Positions 36,972-51,521 of a stretch of DNA of 64,000 bases are shown here, one piece after another. The stretch is from Adineta vaga (lineage: Eukaryota; Animalia; Rotifera), in NCBI GenBank assembly GCA_021613535.1, contig CP075494.1, positions 16,306,001 to 16,370,000 on the forward strand. The letters are read 5' to 3'. Under the pieces are notes generated by a model. That model did no database searches and had not been told where the DNA came from. It worked only from the letters and a program-made list of their open reading frames with translations. Position numbers and translations under genes: made by a program. Position 1 is the stretch's first letter. Every line of letters begins with the position of its first letter.

Positions 36972-37632
36972 TGTGTTATCTTATATTGGTTATTCAAACT
37001 TCCGATACCGCAGTCTACTGAAACTTGAATCTTTTTTTTCTTTATCTAAAATCGATTATGCATAGTTAATTAATTGTTATTATCATAACTCGTGGATGAA
37101 AACAATTTTGAGAGCAGGATAGTTTATCGAAGATTAATTTTGAAAACTCGAAAAAAATGACTTGATCCAGACTTACTCTGATTCGATATTTATTGAATCG
37201 ACAGTGAAAATATAGAATTTTCAAAGAAGAAATCAACGATATTTTTATCAAAAAGAGTGAGAAAGAAAAGAATATTTTTTTGCACAATATATACTGTTCG
37301 ACAGAGTTTGTTGTGTTTCTTCTTCTTTCCTTTCTCTTCACAACATTGTGAATGTTTACTAACAGCAGCATACGTGGCAAAGTGAAAAAACAAACTTGAC
37401 TCATACGGCTATTCACCAATATATTGAGTCATGTCACAGCATGATATAAAAACAGTTTTTTCATCGATTAAAACTAAATCGATCATCATCCTACAACATG
37501 GAAAGTTGTAAAAAATAATGATCTATCGATTCTCAACGTAGAATAAACCTTTTTTCTGTTTCTTGAAGTGCTTCGTAAATCCAAAAAGAATTTATATCTT
37601 CGTCAAGTACAATAAAAACGGAGTTCCCTATA

Positions 37633-37723
37633 CACTGAAAATGCATAAAAATCTTTTTTTTTCCGTTTATGAGACCATCATAAACGCTTTTATCACTGGT
37701 TATTCCCCACTTCTTTTACAGTG
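37633..37723. mobile_element. Small CACTA-like MITE
   Basis: CACTGAAAA...TTTTACAGTG ends with TA TSD. Shares internal motif CCGTTTAT..GA...TCATAAACG with 40422-40638. Confidence 0.6.
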
Positions 37724-37843
37724 TAGCAACATGTGAGTTTTAAATCAAGATAGAATATTTTGGGTGAGTGTGAGTGTGAGTAATAAGAAGACATCCACAC
37801 CTACCCTCAAGATGCGTTACTAGTAATTTTCAGCGGGTTGAAA

Positions 37844-40298
37844 TCAAATTCTTTCTTCATTGAACGATAGAAAAAAGCCAACACAGGTATCAGGCCGATT
37901 GTCTGACCACATTTTTCTGCACCGAAAGTGACGAAGAGTAGGGAAGGTTTGAAGCATTTGTATAACATTCTCAGTGGCAAGGTCTAGAGCACATGCTTTG
38001 ATGCGACAGCAGAATCCTGTTGGATTAGGAACTTTCGTCGAAATTATGCTATCCAAGATGCCGAGATCGTGATTCACTTCATCTAGACGCCCGTAGTAAC
38101 ATAGCTTTGTGATCGAAAGCCTCTGAAGGTTGTTCAAATGCGATAAAATATATTGCACAGTCACCAGACTCACCTCTGAGGGTAACCGGAGTTTCAGATG
38201 TGTCAGAGATTGAGAACGAAGCGGTTCTGGCTGTCCCTAAAAAAAAGCTTATTTATAAGATGTTTTGATACAATCTATCAAACTATGAGGGATCGGCTGG
38301 AAAAACTTGTCCGCTTGTATGGGACCTCTTGATTGAGAAATAACGCATTATCAAGACAAGAAGAGCCTTTTGTGTCTTAGAAACATCAGTAGCGTTTCTC
38401 ATTCGATAGTATAACAATTGATTTATGGGTTTCATGATCGAAACTCACAAAAGCCTAACCGTTTTGTGTTTGATCTTCACTGATTCAGGGGCAACTTGAA
38501 TAATTTTTTACCTGCATGCGACCCATGCTAACATGAGTGGCTGCTGGAATCATCAATGGTGGTCAAGTTAACGTAGTCTAATTTGAGATGCAAAATTTTG
38601 TTCCTATCAATCATATCTTCATAGTATGGCAAGGAATTTTGCGAGGAAAAACTAGCTTTCTACTCATACTAGAACATCGCATCATGAACGTCTCTCTATA
38701 TTTGTAGTCAGATCACACATTAATATGTATGTTTTCGCGTAATGCTCAAAAGATCGACGGAAGCGTTCTCTGACAATCGGTAACACAAGAGAAAACGGTG
38801 ACTTCATCCAGCACAAATAGAGATAATTCAATTTACACTGAACCTAACTCCAGCTCCTGTGCCATGACGGCCCTGTTTTTGATGAAGACTTACCTCAGTT
38901 ACATCGTTGACAGTTACGTGCGTAATATTCGGTGTACAAGTGAGAATTCCGGCTAGTACGAAGAGCGTGGATACTTCCAGACTGATGGCCCGAATAGTCG
39001 GCGATGATGGTGACTCGGTGTTACGTGGTCGTAGTGCTCTAGGCAAATGACAATTTTGCAATTTCGGAAATCCATTCGAAAAGATTCGCTCCATCAGGCG
39101 TTGATATGATCCCCTCAATGCGCCGGAAGTGAACGAGAAAAGATGTAGATATTTCAAATGTTCAAACGATTGTGTACACAGTTGATTGACTTGTGATTCA
39201 TCAGTTTCACACAACAATGTCAATGAGCGCAGTTGAACCATTGTGCTTAGATCAACACGAGTGGTCGATGTAGATCCATGAAAAAGTGTAGGCGAACTTG
39301 TGATACACAATGATTCAATCTAGACGAGTTTTACGGATATATTTCAAATCTGAATATTCAGAGAATTTTCACTAGAACCCCACATAAAAAGCGTCCTGTG
39401 TTTGGGCGAACTAGAAATATAATTTTCGGTGAAGCAGACTCGACTTAAAGCAGTTTTGGTCAGAAGTGAGCATTGGGCGGAAGGTTTTTTTCAATCGAAG
39501 CCAATCCAATGCCGAAAAGACCGAGAATAGTCCGTTCTGCTCGTGTAGTCACCTTAGCTTCAACCTTCTCCCATATTCAAATGCTAAGCCTATGAGACAG
39601 GTAGTGTGATACTGAGCGTTTGTGAGTCCTTCATCTCATACCGTTCGTTCAGTTCACTCAAAGTAAAATTGTTGGCAATTTCAACTCTCGCGCAATTGAA
39701 CGAAGTGATGAGCAGTTCCCGTTCTATCAAAGAAAATAGAAAGGCTATAAACTCGTACCTGACTCGGCCACTAAACAGAGTGATTGATATGGTTTGATGA
39801 CCTTCGTGAGGGTGTGTTCAGCGTATCTTTAGATAGATTTTAGAATTATTGAGACCCTTTTACACGCACTTCTGATGTTGAAGTCAATTTAGCTGATCGA
39901 GTTCACGTATCATTGACCGCAATCACTCTCTAGACTATCAAGCGCATTCAAACCTGATGTGAAGAATCCTGCAATTGGTAACTAAAAGAAAATGCTCTAT
40001 GCTCACTCCTGATTTGGATGCCAATGAAAGTACCCATAAAGCAGATTTCTCTACTCGAAAGCGCTGTTCATCATCCACTTCATGCTCTTCGATAGATTAC
40101 CTGTTTGGCAAATGGTTCTATGATACGGAGTTCGTCATTTGCATGTACCGAAAGCTTCGCGCGTAATGGCACTGAAGAGAGAGCAGCTTCAATACGATGG
40201 TTAAGTTGATGAAAACCACGACACACATCAACAGCACGAGTGTACTTGAATATCTCCAGAAGTATCTCGTCAGGTAAGCGTTCGAAATTGCTTTGCAT
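37844..40298 (-). CDS. F-box/LRR protein
   Basis: F-box FERLPDEILLEIFKY (exon 40101-40298). LRR-like exons 38894-39320 and 37844-38237 join in phase 0 through GT-AG introns. Confidence 0.8.
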
Positions 40299-40421
40299 TG
40301 TCAAGTCCTCTAATGCGATACAATAGAGGAACGTAATACGAAATATCGAGTTTCTAGAATGTGACAAAGAAAAGTGAAGACAATAAGTCACAAGAACCAT
40401 GACTGGCTGGGGCAGCAACAA

Positions 40422-40638
40422 CACTGAAAAAAATAAGGGTTCATGAATTTGCAACGTATAATAAACCTTTGTTTCCGTTTATCAACTGTCTGATAAACGA
40501 ATAAAAGGTTTATGCCTTAGTGAAATACGGTTTAAAAAGGGTTTATTATACGTTGCAAATTCATAAACCCTTTTCCCGTTTATAAGGATGTCATAAACGG
40601 TTTTACCGTTTGTCAATCTTCGAATTTCTTTTTTAGTG
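40422..40638. mobile_element. CACTA-like MITE
   Basis: CACTGAAAAAAA...TTTTTTAGTG ends with AA TSD. Internal inverted repeat GGGTTCATGAATTTGCAACGTATAATAAACC. Confidence 0.75.
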
Positions 40639-42580
40639 AAGGAAGGATAAAAAGAGGAGATTTATTCACAATTCTCCGGGCAATTACAAATACATACACG
40701 TCTGAAGACTCATTTATGGAAAGAAGATGTTGATATAAGAGTGTGAGTCCCTGTGTGGCAAATACTCAACCGGTGGCCTCTCCGGCGGATGAATAAATAA
40801 CTCTCAGATCTGTAGTCGAGAGAATGAGTCAAAACAGAACCAAAATTTTTCAACCTATCCCAAACCACTCACCAAAAGTCACAAACAACGAAAGGAAGAG
40901 AGAAGGAAAAGAAGAATGCGATAAGAGATTACATGTCCTGTGAATAAACGAAACTGACAACGGTATCAGTGAGAACGCTGACAAGTCAGATTAAATTGCC
41001 GTTTTTTGGGTTACATGAATTTCGGTCCAGAAATTTTTTGTCCCAAACTTTCGGCCCAGTCCGAAATTCCGGTGGCATTTCGGTCCAGGGACGAAAAATC
41101 AACGGAATTTCATAGTGCCCAGCAGTATGAATATCAAGAGAATCATCTTGCTAAGCTGTATGATACAAAGTTTTTTAAGAATTGGTAATTTTAGTGGTAT
41201 AATTACAAGTAACGCTCATCAAAGGGATTCGCTGACCCTTTTCTGAAACAGAATTCAAAACATCTTCTATTGAAAACGAAATAATCTTCTTATGATTTTC
41301 GTTCATGTCATACTCTTCTTACTCATATCAAACCTAAAACTTAATAAACTTTGTAGCGATGATTATTTATCGACGCATCTGTAAGTCAAAAATCATACTC
41401 ATTAATTAAACCAAATATCCGTGAAAAAGCATACTTTTATGTCTCTGTTAAAGAGTATCGCTACGCAGAAAGTTTCATAATCAAAATTTCAAACTATTAT
41501 CATCGGATCGCTAGATTTAAAAACGATTCGACAGTGGGCGTATAATGCCATATTATTCTTAACAAGCTTTTACCAGCATTTGTAATATCCTGAATCTGAA
41601 ACGAGAGACTATTCTCGCATATGTTGGATCACATGACCTTTATTCTTTATAAAGAAACTAAATTTTTGTCCCAGACAGTCATTAGAAGTTCATCTTCTGA
41701 CGATATATCGGATTGAGAGTTATTGATAGTTTTCCCAGTTTCTTGCTCAGTCAGCAGCGGCTTTCTTGAAGTCGTCATCGTGCAAATGTGTAGATCGGTC
41801 GTTGAAGTATATGATTATTATCCAAAGAAGAATGTGTTCGATTTGTTCTTACTTCTCTCTTTTACCGTTCGAACGAGGGTTTATATATATTACAATTCAG
41901 AAATAGTAAGAACGTACCAGATTTTCTAGAAAAGACATAACTAACTCGAACTTTCCGGAAGCATATAAACCGATCCAATAGTACTAGAGAGAACAGTCGG
42001 TGGTCAATATCAAAAGAGCAAAAAAAGAGTGACTGTACTGGAATGTACTTGAATGACAGATAGTATGCGTTATCATACAGAATGCAAGAAAACGCATAGA
42101 ATATATAGATGTATAACACAAGCGCGTAGAAAGGAAAAACAAGGATTGTATTGGTATGTTATTATGCAAAGAACGATAGGAAGGTGCTCCAAACAATTAG
42201 AGGATGCACTAGAAGCATCTTTCTCAAATAGCTACATTTGGACGCATATATACGTCGCCGGGACTCAAAGAGTTAAAATAAAGATGTACTTCAACGTATT
42301 TTAGGTAATAATGAATTATCGGTAGAAATTTTCAAACATCATTAAAATTTTGTATACCGTCTTTGTCTGAACAACATTCTGATATAGCATTTATGCTACG
42401 ATAGCTTATAAAGATATGAATGATAATGATCGAGCATAAACTTATCATAAAGAAGTAGCAGTTGTTCTTCGACAATCATTTATTACAACACATTTATATG
42501 TAATGAAAATTTGCAATGATATTGTACGTGTTTTAAATCAAATGTTTTTTTTGTAAATATTCAAATAAAAATGACATATT

Positions 42581-45211
42581 CTATTTGTATGTGATTAAAT
42601 ATTCAGCATAGGCTTGTGCATCGTGATAAGTAACAAATATATGATTACCATCCGTAGTTGAATCAAAACCAAGTGGACGAGTTTTCATTAAACCATTACC
42701 GATTGTTGTTTTACCTATAAGAACACGTGCGAGAAACATTCGTCGTTCTCCATTCGAATTTGCACCAGAATATGTATGACTGAAAGCTGCATTAGATGAA
42801 AAATAAGCTCCAACTCCATATAAAGTTGCTAGAAAGAAATATATAATCGAAAAATGAAAGTAAAATATGGCGAATTTACCGTGAGCACCAGCAAAACTTC
42901 GATCGAAACATTCGGCAACAATAGAATTTGCTGCATTTTCAGGACATCCATGAAAAAGACGTTTTTCTGTATCGATATTCAAGCGCTTTTTAAAATCTTC
43001 ACTATGTGCAAGATATTGCATATACCATCGTTCATTTTGAATTCGTTCAATTCGAATTATTTCTTTAGATAAATTCGTAATTGATTGTTCAAATTTCTCT
43101 TTAATTGATTTGTATTCACTTGAATTGGGAGATAATTCAAAACGCATTTCACTATCCTTTGATATTTCCCAAGTCGAGGGAAGTTTATAAACTTGCGACG
43201 CATTATGAAGACCTAAGAAAACTGTATATATGAAAAGTGATTTTATTTCTAATTTTACCATCTTGTCTTTTAGATATTTGTGTCCAAAATTCATCATAAA
43301 TATTTTGTTGATTGGGTTCAACAATAAATTTCACTGTCCATGAAAGTTTTCGTTGTATTAAACATTTTTTCATTTCATAAACCATTGTCTCAACAACAAG
43401 ATCTACAGAACATGCAAGATTTCCGCATCCAATTGCTGGAAATGCGATAGAAGTAAATTTATGTGAATTGGTCGCTTGTATGACAGTAGAAATCAAATCC
43501 ATAAGTGAATATTGAAGTATTTCTGTATTACTATTTGGTTCCCATTTAACCATAAATATTCGTTTACAATGTAAAAAACCTCCAGGAGTTTCGATGAGAA
43601 TCGCATTTGGATGATTTTGTAATTCTGTATTATAGACACGTTCAACAGATAGACCAGCAGCTTTCAAGATAGATTGTATTAAAATTCCCGATGATGAACT
43701 ACCAATGATAACATCTACCTATATAACCCGAAAATATTTTATCTGAAAAATGTTTAAAATACATACTTTCTGTTTAGTTATATCACCTTTTACCACTTCT
43801 ATTACACCACTTCCAACGGCTATTGATTTCACTTCTGATGTTTGTGTCTCGATCAAATCAATCTGTTTATTAATTTCATTATAAACATCTGTTCTTTCCG
43901 GTTGTATTACAAATGATATATTGATATTACGTTTCAATGATTGTCGATAAGCTTCTCCAACCATTGTTTGTGCAATAAGATCAACTGAACATCCAAATTG
44001 TCCACATCCAATTGCTGGAAATGCAATACTACTATAATTTTCTTCTGCTGCTTTTTCAATTGCAAGAGAAACAAATTTTTCCATTGATTGAACAAGAACA
44101 GATGAAGCAACATGTGCTGTCCATGGAATAAAATAAACTCGTTTTGAAGCAAGTTTTCCATCTGCCTTAATTGAAATTAAAGAACTTCTTGATCCTTTGT
44201 TAGCCTCAGTATTGTAGGCAGTAATGACATTATTTCCACCAGCTTGACAAATACTATCAAACAAATATTGAGATGATGAACAAACAACAATAACATCACT
44301 CTAGTCGATATAAAGCAGAAATAAATCCTAATACAATTGCAGAGATTGTATGAACTTACATTTTGTGTTATTAAATCACCTTTACAAATATTTATGGATG
44401 AATTTGATAGTTTTCTCGTATGTGAAAAGATTGATGGAATACTATGGTGGCGTTGAATAACTGGTATTTGTCGTTGGTACGATGATATACTGCACGATGG
44501 GGTGTTATTTTGTGAAATACTTTTATTACTAACGGATGAAATTCGTTTAGTAGAAAAAGTTGGTTTAATTTCATCTATTTTTCGATTAAATTGTAAATCT
44601 AGTAATGAACTTTCCTTTTCTAATCCATCAAGATCAATAGATTTCCTACTTTGTTGAAGGCAGTTGGGTAATTTTTTAATATTTGGAAGTTTCGAATGAA
44701 TCTGCTTATTTTGTTGTCTATAATAATTATATGTTTCTGCATTAGCAACTAATAATTTTAATGGTTGAGGATATTTTGTTTCACTTATAATTTGTACGAT
44801 TTCGTCAATGACAAGAAGATCAATATTTTCATCATTAATTTCAACTAAACGATCACCCGTTTTTAAACCAGCAAGTGCAGCATCTGTATTAAAAAGAAGA
44901 GCAAAATTAATGAATTGGACGATAATTACTTGGTGATATCAATTCTCACTTGATGGTTGCCTATCTTGATTTGATAAAATCTTTAATGAATGATATAGTT
45001 CATTTTTATTAGCGATAATATCAAAGCCGTATATATCTCTAGCATGTTTACGAGTAATCGTACATAAACGAATATCTTCATTAATTATTGTAAATGAATT
45101 CACAGCATCTGAACTTATCGAGCTTGATTCTTCATCGGAAGAAGAAGATGATGGCAATTCATGTTCAACAAATTGTGGTACAGTAAGCCCAAATTGAAGT
45201 TTTACAACCAT
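42581..45211 (-). CDS. PDZ - macro - macro - PARP catalytic domain protein (PARP14/15-like mono-ART)
   Basis: PDZ (YGFDII..AALAGLKTGDRLVEIN). Two macro domains (KGDL/IT.Q, SIAFPAIGCG twice). PARP (IERIQNERW, LFHG, YGVGAYFS, MFLARVL.G, FVTYHDAQAYAEYLI). About 6 exons with ~50-60-nt introns. Confidence 0.92.
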
Positions 45212-45467
45212 ACAAATAAATAATTTATCTACAAAACCATAGACTTCATCATTAAATGGTTCAATGTTGGAACATATCTTGACCTTTAGATCAAATGTAG
45301 TGAATAGGAAATAATTTTATTTCCAATGCTTCAATAGTTTCCGAAAGACAAAATATAACTTCTGTCATTTTAATAGTCAAAACATTACAAAACAGATATT
45401 TTATGGTACGAATTAGTAAAAAGGATGGAACTTGCAAAAGAAAACATTACCGAATGATATTTATATT

Positions 45468-46796
45468 CTACTACCGGGGGTACTCGGTAGCAAGTAAGAA
45501 ATAGATACATTGAAAGTGTCACGTGTTGAAAATCTGTGAAAGACAGAGATATCAATACGCTTCAAATATCTCCGTTTGTATTCTCTACGTCTCCCACCTT
45601 GTTTAGGAGGTAAGAACAAATTTTGATTATATCTCTCAATGGGAAAGAATCATCGAAGCTAATTTTTTCACCAAAAGTTATCATATTTTCTTCTAACACC
45701 GTGATTCATTCTCAATTTCAAAGCTCCGCTCATCAACCTCATTTTTACCTTCGACTCACACACATCCCCTTCATGTTTATTCATACCAACGTAATCTTCC
45801 ACATCTTCAGCTTGAGGTTTATTCTGGACTACAAACTCTTGTCATGGACCTTATTTCCATTCTCATCAAAATCTTACATCATTCAAATGTACTCTCATCC
45901 TCAACTTCATCTACGACCCAGCTAACATCCCCATTCTCACTCGCACCTCTCAATTTGAAGATCCTCCTTAGTAACGCCAATTTCCTCGCAATGTTTCTCT
46001 CAGGCAAAAAACAACTATGGTGGAAAGTTTTCTAACGTTAACTCGAAGAAAGATTACCTGAGTGAAATTCCACCCTCACACTCTCACCTTCAATAAAGTC
46101 CACACTATTCTTTCCTATAGCCTTGCAAAAAACTCGATTTCCCGTAAAACTCTACAACACATCAGAACCCAACGGACCCATATCTTGGACGAAAATCGAT
46201 CTGCAAAACCGTATTTTTTTCAAAAAAAAGGTTTTTATAACAAGTATTCTGAAGAGCTCAGACGAGCTAGAAAGCTTCAACTTTTAAAGTAGATACAACT
46301 ATTAGAGATCTATACTCAGTAAAAGTTTCAATACTATATCTACTCACAATTAAAAGTTATGAGGGCTCAAAGTTGCTAAAATTTAAAGTTTTTTGCAAAT
46401 CTTGAATGGTTTAGAGAAATCCAACGGGTGAATATTTTTTGCACGAAAATTCAATGGTAAGTGTAACTTGCTTAGGTGTATATCGATGCAAAATTTCATT
46501 TCAATTGAATCAGCCGTTCCCGAGATAATGTCCCATTTGTACCCCCGATTTTTGAGTGTTGGAATTTTTCGTAAAACCCTTATAAATCGGAAGGGCTCAG
46601 TGTTTTCGAAATCGGCTTGCGTCAGAAGTCATCAATCACCTTCCTTTACAGCATATCAAAAAAAAATTCAGAGATATTGGAGAACCTCGATTGAGCAACT
46701 TAGGTCATAGTTTATATGGACTCACTCACATATAGATAAACGAAAACATTTCTAAATTTGAATTAAAAAATGAAAATTATATACTTCCTACTTGTA
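45468..46796 (-). mobile_element. Non-autonomous Helentron/DINE-like element
   Basis: Sub-terminal IR CAAGTAAGAA (45491) / TTCCTACTTG (46785). Terminal hairpin CTACCGGGGGTACTCGGTAG (45471-45490). Non-coding interior. Confidence 0.6.
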
Positions 46797-47645
46797 TTAC
46801 GAAGATTTTTCATTTTTAACATGAAGAAGTTGGACACGAGAGCAGAAATCTTTTATTATTGTGTGACTTTTCTTTTGTTTTATCGTAGCGAGGCGTGCGC
46901 AGGTAATGGCGTATTCCTCCTCTCTTTATCTACAACTATAGTCTTCTTTGTTATAGCCAAGAGTATGAAATAAAAAAGAAAATGAACTATTATTCTCATC
47001 GTTAGATTAATTTCTGTGCAAAGATTTTTCGAAATTCTTGTATACATAATTCATTTATGCAACTAAACCTCTATAAATTTGCAGACTAGTTTTTATTCGC
47101 ATATTTGCATCGTCACCTGTTTTGCTTTCTTTCGCTCATTTTTCAGTTATTCGTCATGACTAGCTAATGGTGAAATTGTAAATAAATAGAACATACTCAT
47201 TCATCTATAAATATATAAATGTTTATTTACTATTTTACAATAGAGATGAATCTATGAACTATTGAGGGTGTGGATGTGGGTGGAGTGATATGTGGGGGAG
47301 GGGGTCAAAGGTCAAAAAAAACATTTTTTCGAATTTATCCAAAAAGTCAAAAAAATTCGATACGCGATGGATTCTAACGTCAAACAAACAAGTTATTAAA
47401 ATTCTAGGGTTATTCAATGACACAACCGTTTTTGATGATGAGACTTGGACCGATGAGGGTTTTTCATGGTCTAGCATTACTTATATTTGTTTCTTTGACC
47501 TTGGATTCGGATCGGTCATATTTCTTCGTTCAAGAAATCCAGCCAATTAAGGATTTTTCGATACTCGACTATGAACCGATGTAAGGTTTTATCTTGAGGG
47601 TGGGTGTGGCTGTGAGTAAAGAAGAAAGACACCAACACCCATCCA

Positions 47646-48590
47646 TAATGATCATCATCGGATATTGATTCGATATCTTCATCTGCATATTGTAAAATTT
47701 TTGCAAATGTTCGCATATTGATATTTTTCTTTTTCTTCCTTTTTATTGTTGTAAGTAATTGCGGAAGTTTGATTGATTCAAATGCAACGAACACTTCCTT
47801 CGTGTTTCTAGTTTCGATCATATTAAATGTCCAATTTTCGATAATTGGTCTTATTAAAAATGTAACAGCCATAACATCATCTGTAGCATACTGTATCATC
47901 TTTACTAGATCTTCATATGATAATGATGAATGACTCGATGATAAGCTTGAAGACCAATGGCTTACAGTGCATGTTTTATCAATGAATAATTTACATCCAT
48001 ATAAAAACGCATTTTGTAAAGACCAAAGTTCATTAATTTTGTATGGTGATGGTGAATGATATGAGCATGATGATAGTTGACGGTGTTGTTGTATACCTCC
48101 ACTATTATTGTTCATATCAATGCGATAAGACAGCCCCTGTACCATACATCGGGTACGGGCCCAGTTGTACTAATCTGTATAATATGGTCGAGTGTTAATT
48201 AATAATGCTCGAATTGGCCAAATGAATTCTGTTTTTGCTTGTTCGAGTTCTAATTACATATTTCCCCAGGAATATATTTCGTTGCCTGTCCTAAAGATTA
48301 ATCGAAATATTTGATAAATATATTCACAATTTTGTGAATTTCGATCTGGAAAATGGTTTAATTCGAATAACATTACCATTGATTTTGGTTAATCAGGTAT
48401 CGAGTTTATTTGTATCAATGATAATCGATTATTAGTCCGCTCGGACTTCGTATCTATCAAATATTGTTTGCATTTATTCACGTGGATCAATATTTTGTTC
48501 ATCATGTTTGTTGATATGTTGTTGTTCACGAATACAGTGTCATAATCTGACGAATGAATATGAAATGCTGGATAATTTTCATTGGATGGA
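47646..48590 (-). pseudogene. Decayed DEDDy/DnaQ-like 3'-5' exonuclease
   Basis: Y.IDT.S...LSLIQI, IYSWG, WSLQ.A......IDK.....W and YATDDV.AV motifs, with stops and a frameshift. Confidence 0.7.
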
Positions 48591-49132
48591 TCGTTTTACT
48601 TCAACTTGTTGACTATTTTTGTTGACGAGTATCGTTGACGTTGTTTCAATTCATCTCGAACATGTGTCGAATGATGCGAATTTTGTACATTCCAGGTTCA
48701 CGAAACCGACAAATTCCGAGCGGATTCCTGGTGACAGAAATCCACTGGATTTCGTTGGAATAAAAGCCAGTCACTTGCTGCAAATTTGATGAACGGCGTT
48801 TTCAGCTAAATTGTATTATGGCCTTATGGTCATCTATTGGATCCGAGTATGGGATTGTTGGACCTGTGAAGCTAACCCGTTAAATTGATCATTGTTTTTG
48901 CTTTTCTTCTTAAGGTGCATCACGATGTCCTCGAAGAAAATTTCCTCAAATGCATATGAAACTACAAAATTATTTTATCAATCATGTTGAAAGTTTTTAT
49001 TTATTGTTTTACTTTTTTTATTGTTAAATCTATTTTTTTAAATATTTGTAATTCTTGATAAATATTAGAATAAAATAAAAGGAAGATACTTATAGCTGAT
49101 AGAGACTAGTTCATATAAGAAACCACAAGAAT

Positions 49133-51521
49133 GGTATCTGTCAAGAATGTCCTTTAGAAAATGTCCTCGACGAAATGTCCTCAAGTTTTACTCCTTTGGA
49201 AAATGTCCTATATTGTAAATGTCCTCTTTAGAAAATGTCTTTTAGAAATAGTCCTTTGTCGTTTAGTCCTACGAAAAAAAGTCTTCCATTATTAAAATGT
49301 CCTTTCAGTATAAAACAAAGAATTAATCGATGAGTAATAAAAATGATGTATTTGTTTATTATAACGAGTGAATTACTGATTTACTTGTCATTTGTCACAA
49401 AAAAAGAAAGCTGACGTAACAACTCTTCGACTCTGATTTTTCCTTCACTGTAACGATTATATAATTCTTTAGTTCTTCGTTCGATAATTTTGGATTGAGT
49501 TTTTTTTTCACGAGGTGTCATTCCAGCATTTATTTGAGAAATTAAATTATGAACAGTATGTACTTCGTTTTTGATGGAATCGATGAAGGACCAAATATTT
49601 GGATGGCTTTTCTGCATTCTTCGTTTAAACCTATTGTTATACCCTAAAATATGTGACAGTTAATTCAAATGTTCAATCGTTACTTTAGTTTTACGTACCT
49701 TCGGAGAAGTTATTCGTTTTATCACGAATGTCGAAAACATTCCACATCGAGATTTCGCGCAACCATTGACGTTTAAAATAAGTAAACACACATTTCAATT
49801 CATCACGTTCATCTTCACTAAGTTCTTCACCGAGATCAGCAAACAATGATAATACATGTTGCTCAGGAACTAACGCGAGTGCCATCATTCGTCGGATCAC
49901 ACTGCGAACCATAAGATTCTCCAAGTAAGTTGATGATAAACCATTGAATTGAATGTTTCGATACACCGCCTTGCAAAAGTGGAAGAAACAACCTTTTTGT
50001 ACTGTTGCTTCTGTAAACTACAAGGAAATATTTTCAATTCGATCAATGAGACTAGAGAAAAAAGTCATACCGTAAGTGAGATTGCGCGTGAGATTCCTGG
50101 CTCAAAATCGGTCATGATTAAGTAAGGATTGAAGTTTTTATTAATTTTATTTGCTTCAAAAATTAAAATATGAAACATATATAAATACGTTGTTGCTTTG
50201 CGATCAGGAAGTAATGAGAATACTACCGGCAAACCTATAGTAATGAAGAATATTTCATTACATGAATTTATATTTGTTTTATGTTTAAATAAGTAGAAAT
50301 AACTTACATGATCCATGATGAATGGCTTGAATAATGTAAACTTGATCAAAATTGGGTGGAGACGTGGAAAAGGTTCCATCCATATAAAGTTTATGACTGT
50401 CAAATAGTAATTTCAATTGAACATCTGATGACCACATGAGAATTCTTCCTTCAGGCCGCGCATATAATGAATCATTTATAGAAAATTGTGGATCGTAACT
50501 ATCGTGCAATAGAAGGCAATCTTTATTAAGATAATCATTTCTATATATATTTGGAATATCAAAAGAACATGACTGTGGAATTGGAGGCATCATTGCTCGC
50601 CGATTATTCACCAAATTATGACCTAAATGAAGCATATAAGTAAGTCATTGTTATATCAACTCTTGATAGCTTACCAAGGTTAAGAATATTTGGTAAAACA
50701 GCAAGAGCTTCACCAGTGAGTAGGCCTTGTCGTACTTCTTGTTCAGCAATTTGTTGTAAAGGTAATAACTCATTTTCAGCTCGTTTTCGCATTTTTTCTC
50801 TTAAGTTTCGTATTTCTAAAGCAGCTGGATTTGGTAAATGGGAGTGATCACTTTTATTCTTCGAGAACTTCACAAATTCATCACTTAGATTTGTATGTAA
50901 AATGACGTTGCAAAGTCGATTGGCACATCGCCAGAACTTCATAGTTTTTGCTTTATTGAAATCTTTGAATTGAAATTGAAAACCATCAATTGTTAACATG
51001 GATTTTCGTTTATTTGATGTTGTTTTGCCGATTGAAGGTTTAGACGAAGACGAGAGTGAAGACGATAACGAGGAAGAACATAAGGAAGAAGATGACGACG
51101 TCTCATCAATTATAACGAAATCATCCGTGTCCATTTAAAAATATTCCGCTTTTATTTTCTATAAATTATGTCTCGATACAAACAATACGAGTGCAATGAC
51201 CATCTTTCTTTTATTTTATCCCTTTCTTGAATATATAAGTGAATCCTCTATTCGGCTGAAGACACAAATTTTACTTGAATTACAGCGTCATCTGTGTTTT
51301 AGATACGCTTCATTCTAAATTGTCCTAGTTAAGCAAAAAGGACATTTTGAAGTATCGGACCAATTCTTAGAAGACATTTTTTGTCAAGGACATTTGGTCA
51401 AAAGACGTTTTCCAAAGGACAAAATATCAAGGACATCTTTTTCGAGGACCAAAATTTGAGGACATTTCCTAAAGGACATTTCGTCGAGGACATTTCCTAA
51501 AGGACATTCCTGCCATGATTC
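49133..51521 (-). mobile_element. Mutator-like (MULE) DNA transposon
   Basis: TIRs built of repeated AATGTCCT/AGGACATT units. TSD (C)ACAAGAAT at 49124-49132 and 51521-51529 (8-9 bp). Confidence 0.92.
49381..51134 (-). CDS. MULE transposase (FLYWCH finger + DDE), 5 exons
   Basis: LTIDGFQF..FWRC..C..H.H; YMDGTF; MTDFE; GCFFH; TNNFSEG. Four GT-AG introns with consistent phases and no stop seen. Confidence 0.9.

Noticed and set aside
41008-41120. GGG...CCC-ended element with repeated TTTCGG(T/C)CCAG
   Set aside because: TIR too imperfect and no clear TSD. Probably a decayed MITE.
46249-46274. Hammerhead-like CTGAAGA-GCTC-AGAC-GAGC-TA-GAAA
   Set aside because: Two extra bases precede GAAA, and no stems I or III were found.
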